Source: an uncultured Verrucomicrobiota bacterium
Lineage (GTDB): Bacteria; Verrucomicrobiota; Verrucomicrobiia; Chthoniobacterales; JACTMZ01
DNA length: 64,000 nucleotides
Direction of reading: 5' to 3'
Assembly (NCBI GenBank): GCA_903934135.1
Contig: CAIZMQ010000114.1
Span: forward strand, 12 to 64,011
Part shown: in pieces, positions 1-8,009 of the stretch
Layout: every line of letters begins with the position of its first letter
Numbering within the stretch: the first letter of the stretch is position 1
Notes under the pieces: generated by a model
What the model was told of the DNA's origin: nothing
The model's input: only the letters and a program-made list of their open reading frames with translations
Database searches by the model: none
Translations under genes and position numbers: made by a program

Positions 1-370
1 TATTGGCGCGCTGGGCTAGTCCCGAGAAAAGGGAAAAGCCCGGCAGGAAAGTGCCCGCTGCTCCGGTTTGTGAGGCAGAACCCCCGCGCGTCACGCTGAT
101 CATGATCGAAGCCGGGGTGGTCAGGGTGAAGCGGAAGAAACGTCCGCGATGGCTATCACCCCAGTCGGCATCGGTGGCATCGGCCCAGCCGAAGGCACTG
201 CTCGCCGCCTGGTTGCCGATCGTCATCGAAACGGGATCCGTGCCGAAGTTGCGTCCGGAGTAGCCGATATGGGCTTGCAGGCCCGAAGGTGCGACACATG
301 CCGCGGCCAGAGTAAGGATAAGATAATTTAGAGATTTCATTTTAAGGATAAGATAATTTAGAGATTTCAT
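1..370 (-). CDS. Secreted hypothetical protein, N-terminal part (gene continues past the left edge of the window)
   Basis: Hand translation of the minus strand from ATG at 370 (duplicated ATG at 340) stays open to position 1: MKSLNYLILK-MKSLNYLILTLAAACVAPSGLQA-HIGYSGRNFGTDPVSM...WADATDADWGDSHRGRFFRFTL. The N-terminus looks like a signal peptide. It is absent from the ORF track because there is no stop inside the window. No family recognised. Confidence 0.5.
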   Translation of the reverse strand, partial: MKSLNYLILKMKSLNYLILTLAAACVAPSGLQAHIGYSGRNFGTDPVSMTIGNQAASSAFGWADATDADWGDSHRGRFFRFTLTTPASIMISVTRGGSASQTGAAGTFLPGFSLFSGLAQRAN

Positions 371-372
371 TT
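313..372. repeat. Perfect 30-bp tandem duplication (2 copies) covering the start codon and first 9 codons of the gene above
   Basis: Plus-strand unit taaggataagataatttagagatttcattt at 313-342 is repeated exactly at 343-372. It is very AT-rich compared with the flanks. The 30-bp period keeps the reading frame. Confidence 0.95.
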
Positions 373-498
373 TGTTGCTGTGCATTGGTTGATTTCTTTC
401 GCGCCATGTGGGGCGCACGCGCGGTGCGGGTGAAGTGGAGCGAACCGGCCGGAAGGCCGTTCGGAAAAGCAACGCGGAAACACTCCGCGCGGCGGATC

Positions 499-906
499 TT
501 AAACGAGATCCGAAATGGGCACCGGCACGGGTGGCGCGTCGGAACGCGCCGCGGGCCTCACAGCACTCGCCGCGGGGAAAACAAAGTCGCGGCAGTCGCG
601 AGGTGGCAGAGCGGCGCGCAAAGGGGCGGGAAAGGCTTCCAGCTTTTTCAGCGACGCGATGGCCGCCGGCGAGGTGCGTTCATTTTCCTGCCCTGTCTTG
701 ATCGAGGTGCACATCGTGCAAGGATGCTCGCCATCGAACGTCTTCTTCATGCCGGAGAGCAATGATCCGTCTTCCTGCGAATACGTCCGCAGCATCCCGG
801 CCCAGGCCACGGTTTGCAGGGCGCCCCAATGGCCGCCGGCCATGAGAAACATAGCGGCCGCGGCGGCAGCGTGGCCGAGCAAACGAAGACGCCTATTGAA
901 CACCAT
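499..906 (-). CDS. Hypothetical membrane protein with an HPCxxC motif
   Basis: 135-aa ORF with ATG start. It has one hydrophobic helix (AAAAAAMFLMAGGHWGALQTVAWAGML) followed by FDGEHPCTMCTSIK and a Pro/Ala-rich tail. From memory it resembles uncharacterised PVC-group proteins with a LQxxAWxxM...FDGxHPCxxC pattern; I cannot name a family. Confidence 0.5.
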   Translation of the reverse strand: MVFNRRLRLLGHAAAAAAMFLMAGGHWGALQTVAWAGMLRTYSQEDGSLLSGMKKTFDGEHPCTMCTSIKTGQENERTSPAAIASLKKLEAFPAPLRAALPPRDCRDFVFPAASAVRPAARSDAPPVPVPISDLV

Positions 907-1022
907 CTGGCAAAATTACCAAAGTTACACCCGACGGTCAACCGACCGGTGATTGGTTTGTCCGCTCGTGCTGCCCGCCAGCATCCCCGCTCGGTCAATG
1001 CCAAGCGCGCAGCGCGGGACGG

Positions 1023-1313
1023 TCACGCCGCGCAACGGGCGGGAGGAAGCGATATCGTGGCTGCGCCGATCAACTCGAGGGTCATGGGTTGGCGTCTGTC
1101 CAAACCGAAACGGCGGATGACCACCGCCCATTCCCTGCTTTCCAGCACGGCCAGCACTTGCACCCGTTCCGACAATGTCGCCTCTTCCTCCACGCTCAAA
1201 AGCGGAATGAGGCTGATCTCGTGGAAGTAGCTGGGGAGCATGGCGGGCAGAAGCAAGGGGAACCGCCGGGACACCCCGATGGCAAAGGGGGAATTGTGAA
1301 AATTTCGCCACAC
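1023..1313 (-). pseudogene. Sigma-70-like fragment: region 1.2-like plus region 4-like motifs only (remnant or mini-protein)
   Basis: YFHEISLIPLLSVEEEATL matches the sigma-70 region 1.2 pattern (Y-L-x-E-I-x-x-x-P-L-L-x-x-E-E-E-x-x-L). It is followed directly by LESREWAVVIRRFGLDRRQPMTLELIG, which is region 4-like. Regions 2-3 are missing and the ORF stops before the expected recognition helix. The track start at 1313 is GTG; the first ATG is at 1241. Confidence 0.4.
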
Positions 1314-1425
1314 CCCGGTCGGCCAATTTCCGGCCTTGCAATCACAATCTCATGTTGCTGATAGTGAACTATTTGTTACATTTGCGGGATTGCCTTGGCC
1401 ACGGTGGGCGGTTACCGCTCTGACC

Positions 1426-1590
1426 ATGGCACGATGTCAACGTTGCGGTTCACGCGGGGCCGTGCGCGGCTATTGTCCGTCCTGCTCGTCCCTCGATCCA
1501 TTTCCCCGCAGACGCTGGATCGCGGCCGGCGTCGGACTACTCGCCTTCGCCGTATTTCTTGCACTGGTCATTTATCTCGCTTCGCGCTGA
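1426..1590 (+). CDS. Small zinc-ribbon-like membrane protein (54 aa)
   Basis: MARCQRCGSRGAVRGYCPSCSS has two CxxC pairs and is followed by one hydrophobic helix (WIAAGVGLLAFAVFLALVIYLA). It uses the internal ATG of the 84-aa track ORF. No homology claim. Confidence 0.35.
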   Translation: MARCQRCGSRGAVRGYCPSCSSLDPFPRRRWIAAGVGLLAFAVFLALVIYLASR

Positions 1591-1630
1591 CCGGATACAG
1601 TGTCATGGCCGCACGAGAATTCCGCGGTCA

Positions 1631-1667
1631 GACCAAAGCAAAAGGGTGCCCCGTTGACGGGGCGCCC
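1631..1667 (-). terminator. Intrinsic-terminator-like hairpin with U-tract on the minus strand
   Basis: The 10-bp GC-rich stems are at 1644-1653 and 1658-1667, with a TTGA loop and one mispair. The minus strand reads GGGCGCCCCG-TCAA-CGGGGCACCC followed by TTTTGCTTTGG. Confidence 0.4.
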
Positions 1668-1931
1668 ATTGGTGGAGAAATTAGGTCTTTACGAGACGAC
1701 AACCTAGCAACGCAAAAACTTTTTCGCTCCGCTCAGATCAATCCGCACATCCGGCATCGTGGACTCGTCAGTCCGGCCGTTGAGATTATCCGAAGACTGG
1801 AGTTTCATGCTCCGGGTACCCATGGCGGAGGCGGGCAGGACAAGTCCGTCGAGGCGAAGGTTGGCCCGCGGCCCGAGCGCAGGTTAGCTTCGTCCATCTG
1901 GTGCCCGTCGGTGCGGTTCGCGGGCAAAAGG

Positions 1932-3368
1932 TCAAAAGACCGTGCCGACCGTGATCCCGAGGATGCCGGCATTGTTCACGGAGGAGGTGCCGTCGGGGCG
2001 GGAAAAATATTGGAAAAAGGGCTGGGCGTAGAACCAGCCGTTGACCTGCCAGCGATAAGCGCCTTCGAGCACCGCGGTCTGGGTGCGGGAGGGTGCGCCA
2101 GTGGCCTGACTGTAGACGCCGCAGCCGAGCGAGATCATGGCAAGGTCGAGGTCGCAGCGAGGAAGGAGACCGGTGTAGACCAATCCGCTTTGGAAATAGA
2201 AGGGATAGACGTCCGCCTTCGTCTCGCTCGTTGTGAAGAAGAAAAGATTGAAGGCTTTCAAGCCTTGCGTCGAGAGGTCGGTAGCCGGACCGGTCGAAGT
2301 CTCGCGAAAAAGCATTTGGTCGGCTTGCGCGTAGAAACCGTATTGACCGGAAGCGGTCGATCCGTCCCACGAGGCCTGCCCGGCCGGCGTGCCATAGTAA
2401 AATCCGCCGAAGGCGTATTTTCCGGGCAGGCTTTCCGGGCCGAAGGTGGGCGTCCACCCTCCCTCGCCCATATACCAAAGTCCGTTTTGCGCAGGGTTGA
2501 GCGAGCCTTGGAACATAAGCCCGTGGTTGGGCGAGGAAGTAGGATTAGGGAAGGACATAAAGAGCGCGTTTCGCAGGTAGAAATCATCCTGCGGACGCAC
2601 CGTGAGCGTGCCGCCCCAGGTGGATTCACTCGAGGAGAAGGGGATATTGCCCCCGAGGCCTTTGGCGCTGTTCACCGCATTGTTGAGGAACAATTTGCTC
2701 AGCGGCTGGTCGGCGAATTCGCGCTGGGGTTGGAGCCACCCGAGTTTGAGGGTGAGCATGTGCTCGACGGGGAGATTTTTCGCGCTGTCGAGGAGGAGGC
2801 CGAAGTTGAGCAGACGCCATTGGGTCCCAGACTGCCAGTTCGAAGGATTGAACATGCTTTGGGCCAGGACGAAGTTGTTCGGATTGGACTCCTCCCAACT
2901 GCTGCGGTAACGGACCGCACCAAACATCTGGACACCGCGCAATTGCTCGTTGTCGACCGCATCGCCCAGGTTGAACTGGCCGGACAAATTCAGCTGCCCG
3001 TCCCAGAATCCGCGCGATCCGCTCTGGCTCGAGACCACACCGAAATAGGCACCTTGGTAATTTCCGTCGAAGGAAAATCCACGATCCTTGAGCCAACGGG
3101 CCTGAGGGCGCAGGCCATAACGGTTGCCCTCGCCACCGAGCATGTGCGGAGCGTTCCACCAATCATTCAAAACACTACCCATGCGCGAGCGCAGGGGGAG
3201 CCGCTCACCGCCCACCGTGCCTGCCGTGCCGGCAAGGATGTCGCCCGAGGTGATGTCTTCGGGGTTGCGGATGAAGATCGGGTTGGCTTGTGCCTCCTGA
3301 GCGGCGGTGACGGGTGCGGCTTGCGCGAGGACCGCCGGAAAAAGCGCGATGAGCAGGAGGAGGCGCAT
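1932..3368 (-). CDS. Outer-membrane porin, OprB-like (carbohydrate-selective porin family)
   Basis: Signal peptide MRLLLLIALFPAVLAQA. Aromatic/Gly-rich beta-barrel style with a terminal F (GITVGTVF). WLKDRGFSFDGNYQGAYFG resembles the OprB family N-terminal pattern. Start moved to the ATG at 3368. Confidence 0.65.
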   Translation of the reverse strand: MRLLLLIALFPAVLAQAAPVTAAQEAQANPIFIRNPEDITSGDILAGTAGTVGGERLPLRSRMGSVLNDWWNAPHMLGGEGNRYGLRPQARWLKDRGFSFDGNYQGAYFGVVSSQSGSRGFWDGQLNLSGQFNLGDAVDNEQLRGVQMFGAVRYRSSWEESNPNNFVLAQSMFNPSNWQSGTQWRLLNFGLLLDSAKNLPVEHMLTLKLGWLQPQREFADQPLSKLFLNNAVNSAKGLGGNIPFSSSESTWGGTLTVRPQDDFYLRNALFMSFPNPTSSPNHGLMFQGSLNPAQNGLWYMGEGGWTPTFGPESLPGKYAFGGFYYGTPAGQASWDGSTASGQYGFYAQADQMLFRETSTGPATDLSTQGLKAFNLFFFTTSETKADVYPFYFQSGLVYTGLLPRCDLDLAMISLGCGVYSQATGAPSRTQTAVLEGAYRWQVNGWFYAQPFFQYFSRPDGTSSVNNAGILGITVGTVF

Positions 3369-3416
3369 AGAGCAGGGCAAACTTCGCGTCCTTTGCTCCT
3401 TTGGCCCAAACACCGT

Positions 3417-4916
3417 TCACCGGAATCCGAGCAGGGCGATGGCGTTAAGCGCCCCGGCGAAAAGCAGGGCGCCGAGGAAAATGCAGACCGGCAGGGTGAG
3501 CACCCAGGCCATGAGAATGTTGCGCACGGTCGCCATCTGCAGGCCGGAGTTGTTCGCCGCCATGGTGCCGGCGATGCCGGAGGAAAGAACGTGGGTCGTG
3601 CTGACCGGGAGACCGAAGTGGTCGGCCACCATGATCGTGCCCATGGCCACCGCCTCGGCCGAAGCGCCCTGACCATAAGTAAGGTGGTCTTTGCCGATTT
3701 TTTCGCCGACCGTTTTGACGATGCGCTTGTAGCCGATCATCGTGCCGAGGCCGAGCGAGAGGGCAACGGCGTATTTGACCCAATCGGGGATGTAGTTGGT
3801 CAGGGCGTCGGCATGCTTGCCCAGCGTCTGCTCGGACGCGCGGACCTCCGGGTCCATGGCGAGACGGCCGGCTTTGTCGAGTTTGGCGATGGTTTTGGAA
3901 ACGAGATAAAGGTCGGTGCGCACGTCGCCGCGCTCGCTCGAGGGCAGGGCCTGGAAAGTTTCGGCGTTTTTGAGCCGCGCGCTGACCTCGGCCGTTGCTC
4001 CGGCCAGCGCGGCAAAGACTTCGGCCGATGGCTGGCCGCTCGGCTTGAGAAAAGCGGCGAGCTTGTCGTTGGCCTCCCGGCCCCCGATGACCGTCCCATC
4101 GGCCTCGGCGGCGAAGACGGACGACAATTGCGCGGCTTCGGCCGAGAGGCCGGCCACGGATTCGTGATCGGCCGACATTTTCAGGGCGTAGGTGCCGGGC
4201 AGGATCCCCACCAAAATAAGGACAATGAGACCCATACCTTTTTGTCCATCGTTCGACCCGTGGGCGAAACTTACCCCGGTGCAGGTCAACATGAGGATCC
4301 CGCGGATCCAGAGAGGCGGCGGGGTCTTGCCCACCGGCGCGCGGTAGAGTTCGGGCTTGCGCACGAGAATCTTCAGCGTGATGAGCAACAGGGCGGCGGC
4401 CACGAATCCGACGACCGGTGAAATGAGCAGACCGAGGCCGACTTCCTGCGCCTTGGCCCAGTTGACGCCGTCGGTCACCGAATGATCCGGACCCATCAGC
4501 GCGTTGGCCAAGCCGACGCCGAGGATGGAGCCGATGAGCGTGTGCGAGCTGGAAGCGGGCAATCCGAGATACCAGGTCCCGATATTCCACATGATGGCCG
4601 AGACGAGGAGGGAGAAGACCATGGCGAAACCGGCGGAAGACCCGATGTTGATGACCAGTTCGACGGGCAGCAGCGCGACAATGCCGAAAGCGACCGCGCC
4701 GGAGGAGGTGAGCACGCCGATGAGATTCCAGATGCCGGACCAGACCACGGCAGGGGTGGGCTTGAGAGTGTGCGTGTAGATTACGGTGGCCACGGCATTG
4801 GCCGTGTCGTGGAAGCCGTTGACAAACTCAAAACCAAGGGCGAGGCCCACGGCGAGCGCGAGCAAAAAGTAAGTGAGGAAAGTCGGATCCGTGACGGCTG
4901 TGGCGAGCAAATCCAT
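3417..4916 (-). CDS. Inorganic phosphate transporter, PiT family
   Basis: GFHDTANAVATVIY and HGSNDGQKGMG are the PiT signature repeats. The protein is polytopic. The ATG at 4916 is preferred over the TTG at 4970. Confidence 0.9.
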   Translation of the reverse strand: MDLLATAVTDPTFLTYFLLALAVGLALGFEFVNGFHDTANAVATVIYTHTLKPTPAVVWSGIWNLIGVLTSSGAVAFGIVALLPVELVINIGSSAGFAMVFSLLVSAIMWNIGTWYLGLPASSSHTLIGSILGVGLANALMGPDHSVTDGVNWAKAQEVGLGLLISPVVGFVAAALLLITLKILVRKPELYRAPVGKTPPPLWIRGILMLTCTGVSFAHGSNDGQKGMGLIVLILVGILPGTYALKMSADHESVAGLSAEAAQLSSVFAAEADGTVIGGREANDKLAAFLKPSGQPSAEVFAALAGATAEVSARLKNAETFQALPSSERGDVRTDLYLVSKTIAKLDKAGRLAMDPEVRASEQTLGKHADALTNYIPDWVKYAVALSLGLGTMIGYKRIVKTVGEKIGKDHLTYGQGASAEAVAMGTIMVADHFGLPVSTTHVLSSGIAGTMAANNSGLQMATVRNILMAWVLTLPVCIFLGALLFAGALNAIALLGFR

Positions 4917-5014
4917 GGCCTGCAGGAGAGCCGCGAGGCCGGCAGCGCAGCAAGAGGTCACTCGTGACAATTACGTCACAATCAAGAGCCGGCACACCGC
5001 CAACGCCGCCAAGC

Positions 5015-5926
5015 TCAGTATTTCTGCGGGACGACCATGTCCTCCGGCACCGGGTGCCGGTGGTAGTCCTCATGGTGGTGGCGGGGGGGCAGAACAACCG
5101 GTTGGTGCGGGGTCTCGGTGTAAGGGAGGAGCGAGATGAGATGGTCGAGGCAGTTGAGGCGCGCTTTCTTTTTGTCCACCGCCGGGACCACCCACCACGG
5201 AGCCTCGGGAATGCTGGTGCGCTGGAGCATGATCTCCTTGGCCACGGTGTAGTCCTCCCAGCGCGCCCGCGATTCGAGGTCCATCGGACTGAGCTTCCAC
5301 TGCTTGAGCGGATCGTGAATGCGGGCCAGAAAACGCTGTTCTTGCTCGGCGTCGGTGATGGAGAACCAATACTTGACCAGGCGGATGCCGGAGCGCACCA
5401 GCATGCGCTCGAACTCGGGTACATCGCGGAAAAAACCTTTGTATTCCTCGTCGCTGCAGAAGCCCATGACATGCTCGACACCGGCGCGGTTGTACCAACT
5501 GCGGTCGAAAAGGACGATTTCTCCGGCGGCCGGAAGATAGGCCACGTAGCGCTGGAAATACCATTGGGTGCGTTCGCGGCTGCTCGGTGCGGGTAAGGCG
5601 GCGACGCGGCAAACCCGCGGGTTGAGACGCTGGGTGAAACGCTTGATCGTGCCGCCTTTGCCCGCGGCATCGCGGCCCTCGAAAAGGATGACGATTTTTT
5701 GACCGGTCGCGACCACCCAGTCCTGCAGGGCGACCAACTCGGTTTGCAGCCGGAACAATTCGCGGAAGTATTGTCGGCGGAACCGGCGCGAGTGGTCACC
5801 GCCCTCCCGTGAGCCCTCGGAACGGACTTCCTCCATCTCCAACTCCAATTCCTCATCGAGGTCCTCCAGCATCTCGCTGCGGATGGTTTCGGCCAAAAGT
5901 CGGGCGTCGGTCGTGGGTTCAGCCAT
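5015..5926 (-). CDS. ppk2: Polyphosphate kinase 2
   Basis: ILFEGRDAAGKGGTIKR is the Walker A of PPK2, followed by FDRSWYNRAGVEHVMGF. The ATG at 5926 is preferred over the TTG at 5962. Confidence 0.9.
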   Translation of the reverse strand: MAEPTTDARLLAETIRSEMLEDLDEELELEMEEVRSEGSREGGDHSRRFRRQYFRELFRLQTELVALQDWVVATGQKIVILFEGRDAAGKGGTIKRFTQRLNPRVCRVAALPAPSSRERTQWYFQRYVAYLPAAGEIVLFDRSWYNRAGVEHVMGFCSDEEYKGFFRDVPEFERMLVRSGIRLVKYWFSITDAEQEQRFLARIHDPLKQWKLSPMDLESRARWEDYTVAKEIMLQRTSIPEAPWWVVPAVDKKKARLNCLDHLISLLPYTETPHQPVVLPPRHHHEDYHRHPVPEDMVVPQKY

Positions 5927-6079
5927 GAGTGGCAGGTTGGGCCGAAGCGGCGCGGTCGCCAAGAACGGGAATGTGACAAAGCCGCAACAAAGAAGTAAGG
6001 ATTTCTCCCGTCCTCCTGAAATTGACCGGTCTGCACCGCTCCAAGTCCAGCGGCGGCGGAAGCGACGCTGCGACTGAAG

Positions 6080-7705
6080 TCACTCCGTTTCGCCCCCGCC
6101 CTGCGGTGCAGTCTCGGATAGCGTGACGTCGCGGTGTTTTTCCGTGAAATAGCGAAGCGCCCATGCGGTGTCGAAAAGGAGCACCGGACGGTTCTCCTCG
6201 TCGGTGGCCCGCACCACGCCGGTCGGGAGCATCAAGAGTGAATTCTCCGCGGCCGTCATGGCAGGCAACCAGCGGACCATATTCCATGTCGACGTCTCGA
6301 GGCGGCACTCGGCGCCGTATTCGGACAACAGGCGATGACGCAGCACATCGAATTGGAGAGGTCCGACCGCCCCGAGCAGCGGCGCCGCCGTGACCGCACC
6401 TTCCGGATGGAAGCGCTGGGCCACGCCTTCTTTGAGCAGTTGGTCGAGACCGGCCCGGAAACGTTTCTGCATGGCCGAACTCGAACAGTGCACAGAGGCA
6501 AAACATTCCGGCGGGAAGCGCGGGATCTCGTGAAAGAGAACCATCGCGTCTTCGCTCAGGGTGTCCCCGATCTGGATGTCATAGTTGCCGACCAGACCCA
6601 CCACGTCCCCGGGCCAGGCGTCGTCCACCGTCTCCCGTTCGCGGGCAAACAACCGCTGCGCATTGGACAAGCGGAGATCACGCCCGGTGCGGGGATTGTG
6701 CGCCGTCATGTCGCGCCGGAAACGTCCGGAAACAATCCGGACGAAGGCGACCCGATCCCGATGGCGCGGGTTCATGTTGGCCTGCACTTTGAAGACAAAG
6801 CCGGAAAAGGAGGGGGCCGAAGGCGCGACCGGACCGCGGGCCGCCACGCGTCCGGCCGGCGGGGGTGCGAACTCGAGGAAGCGGTCGAGCAGGAGACGCA
6901 CCCCGAAATTGTTCATTGCACTGCCGAAGAAAACCGCGGTCTGCCGCCCGGCGCGCAGAGCCTCGAGATCGAATCCCGCCCCGGCACCGTCCAGCAGGTC
7001 GATTTCCTCGAGGAAACGCGCATGCACATCGGGCGCCAGCACCTTGCGCACCAGTTCGTCGTCCGACCCCGCCACTTTTTCCGGCGCGCGGAAGGCGCCT
7101 TGCGGCGTTTTTTCAAAAAGGTGAACTTCGCCGGCAATTCTGTCATAGACCCCGCGAAATTCCGGCCCATCACCCAGCGGCCAGTTGCAGGGTGCGGCAT
7201 GAATGCCGAGCACAGTTTCCAATTCGTCGAGCAAGGCGAGCGGTGCGCGGGCCGGGCGGTCGAGCTTGTTGATGAAGGTGAAAATCGGCACCCCGCGGCG
7301 ACGGCAGACTTCGAAAAGCTTGCGGGTCTGCGGCTCGATGCCTTTGGCCGCGTCGATGACCATGACCGCGGCATCGACCGCGGTGAGTACCCGGTAGGTG
7401 TCCTCGGAGAAATCCTGGTGACCGGGGGTGTCGAGCAGGTTGACCACATAGCCGTCGTAGTCGAACTGCAGGACGGTGGAGGAGACCGAGATGCCGCGCT
7501 GCTTTTCCAATTCCATCCAATCGCTCGTGGTGGACCGCTGGTTGCGGCGCGCGGTGACACTGCCGGCCAATTGCACCGCCCCGCCGTAAAGGAGGAACTT
7601 TTCGGTCAGCGTGGTCTTGCCCGCGTCCGGATGCGAAATGATGGCAAAGGTGCGTCGCCGCGTGGTTTCGCGGACTGCCTCTTCGTTTGCGTTGTGGTCA
7701 CTCAT
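6080..7705 (-). CDS. prfC: Peptide chain release factor 3
   Basis: MSDHNANEEAVRETTRRRTFAIISHPDAGKTTLTEKFLL, plus DTPGHQDF. The 541-aa length is typical of RF3. The 102-codon upstream extension in the track ORF is rejected. Confidence 0.95.
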   Translation of the reverse strand: MSDHNANEEAVRETTRRRTFAIISHPDAGKTTLTEKFLLYGGAVQLAGSVTARRNQRSTTSDWMELEKQRGISVSSTVLQFDYDGYVVNLLDTPGHQDFSEDTYRVLTAVDAAVMVIDAAKGIEPQTRKLFEVCRRRGVPIFTFINKLDRPARAPLALLDELETVLGIHAAPCNWPLGDGPEFRGVYDRIAGEVHLFEKTPQGAFRAPEKVAGSDDELVRKVLAPDVHARFLEEIDLLDGAGAGFDLEALRAGRQTAVFFGSAMNNFGVRLLLDRFLEFAPPPAGRVAARGPVAPSAPSFSGFVFKVQANMNPRHRDRVAFVRIVSGRFRRDMTAHNPRTGRDLRLSNAQRLFARERETVDDAWPGDVVGLVGNYDIQIGDTLSEDAMVLFHEIPRFPPECFASVHCSSSAMQKRFRAGLDQLLKEGVAQRFHPEGAVTAAPLLGAVGPLQFDVLRHRLLSEYGAECRLETSTWNMVRWLPAMTAAENSLLMLPTGVVRATDEENRPVLLFDTAWALRYFTEKHRDVTLSETAPQGGGETE

Positions 7706-7862
7706 TTTCTGCCGTCCGTGGGGGAACCGGCACCGGCCATCCGCCGCCCCGTCTGTCCGCGCCAGTTCGCAACATAGCGCGAAGCGCGCCGTGTCGGGCA
7801 GGAAATTTTGCCGCGGCGGTGTTATACGGAGTCTTCGGCGGGAATCGGCCGCCACTCCAAGT

Positions 7863-7929
7863 GGTGGATCGCGCCGTCCCGGCACGATATTTCTGAACGA
7901 TTTGTCAGGGTGGGACATCGCGATCGGCC
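7863..7929. repeat. Intergenic palindromic element, copy 1 (about 65 nt)
   Basis: GGTGGATCGCGCCGTCCCGGCACGATA at 7863-7889 matches 33929-33955 at 26 of 27 positions. It contains a 9-bp hairpin and a distal complementary arm (CGCGATCGGCC, 7919-7929). Confidence 0.7.
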
Positions 7930-8009
7930 CTTGGTCGCCTTGACCTCCAGCGCGGTGGGGCAATTCGGTCTTGGACCGCCGTAGGCCAACCGTCAGGGTG
8001 CCTTTGTCC

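Noticed and set aside
1395-4421. 1008-aa plus-strand ORF, the longest ORF at the left end.
   Set aside because: It runs antisense to the porin and PiT genes, which carry strong family motifs. Its translation is low-complexity and Arg/Gly/Glu/Asp-rich with no motifs, a typical high-G+C shadow ORF.
5927-6079. Possible Pho-box upstream of ppk2 (TTGTCACATTCCCGTTCTTG on the minus strand).
   Set aside because: Only one half-site loosely resembles CTGTCA-type Pho boxes, with no second repeat at 11-bp spacing. This is too weak to call.
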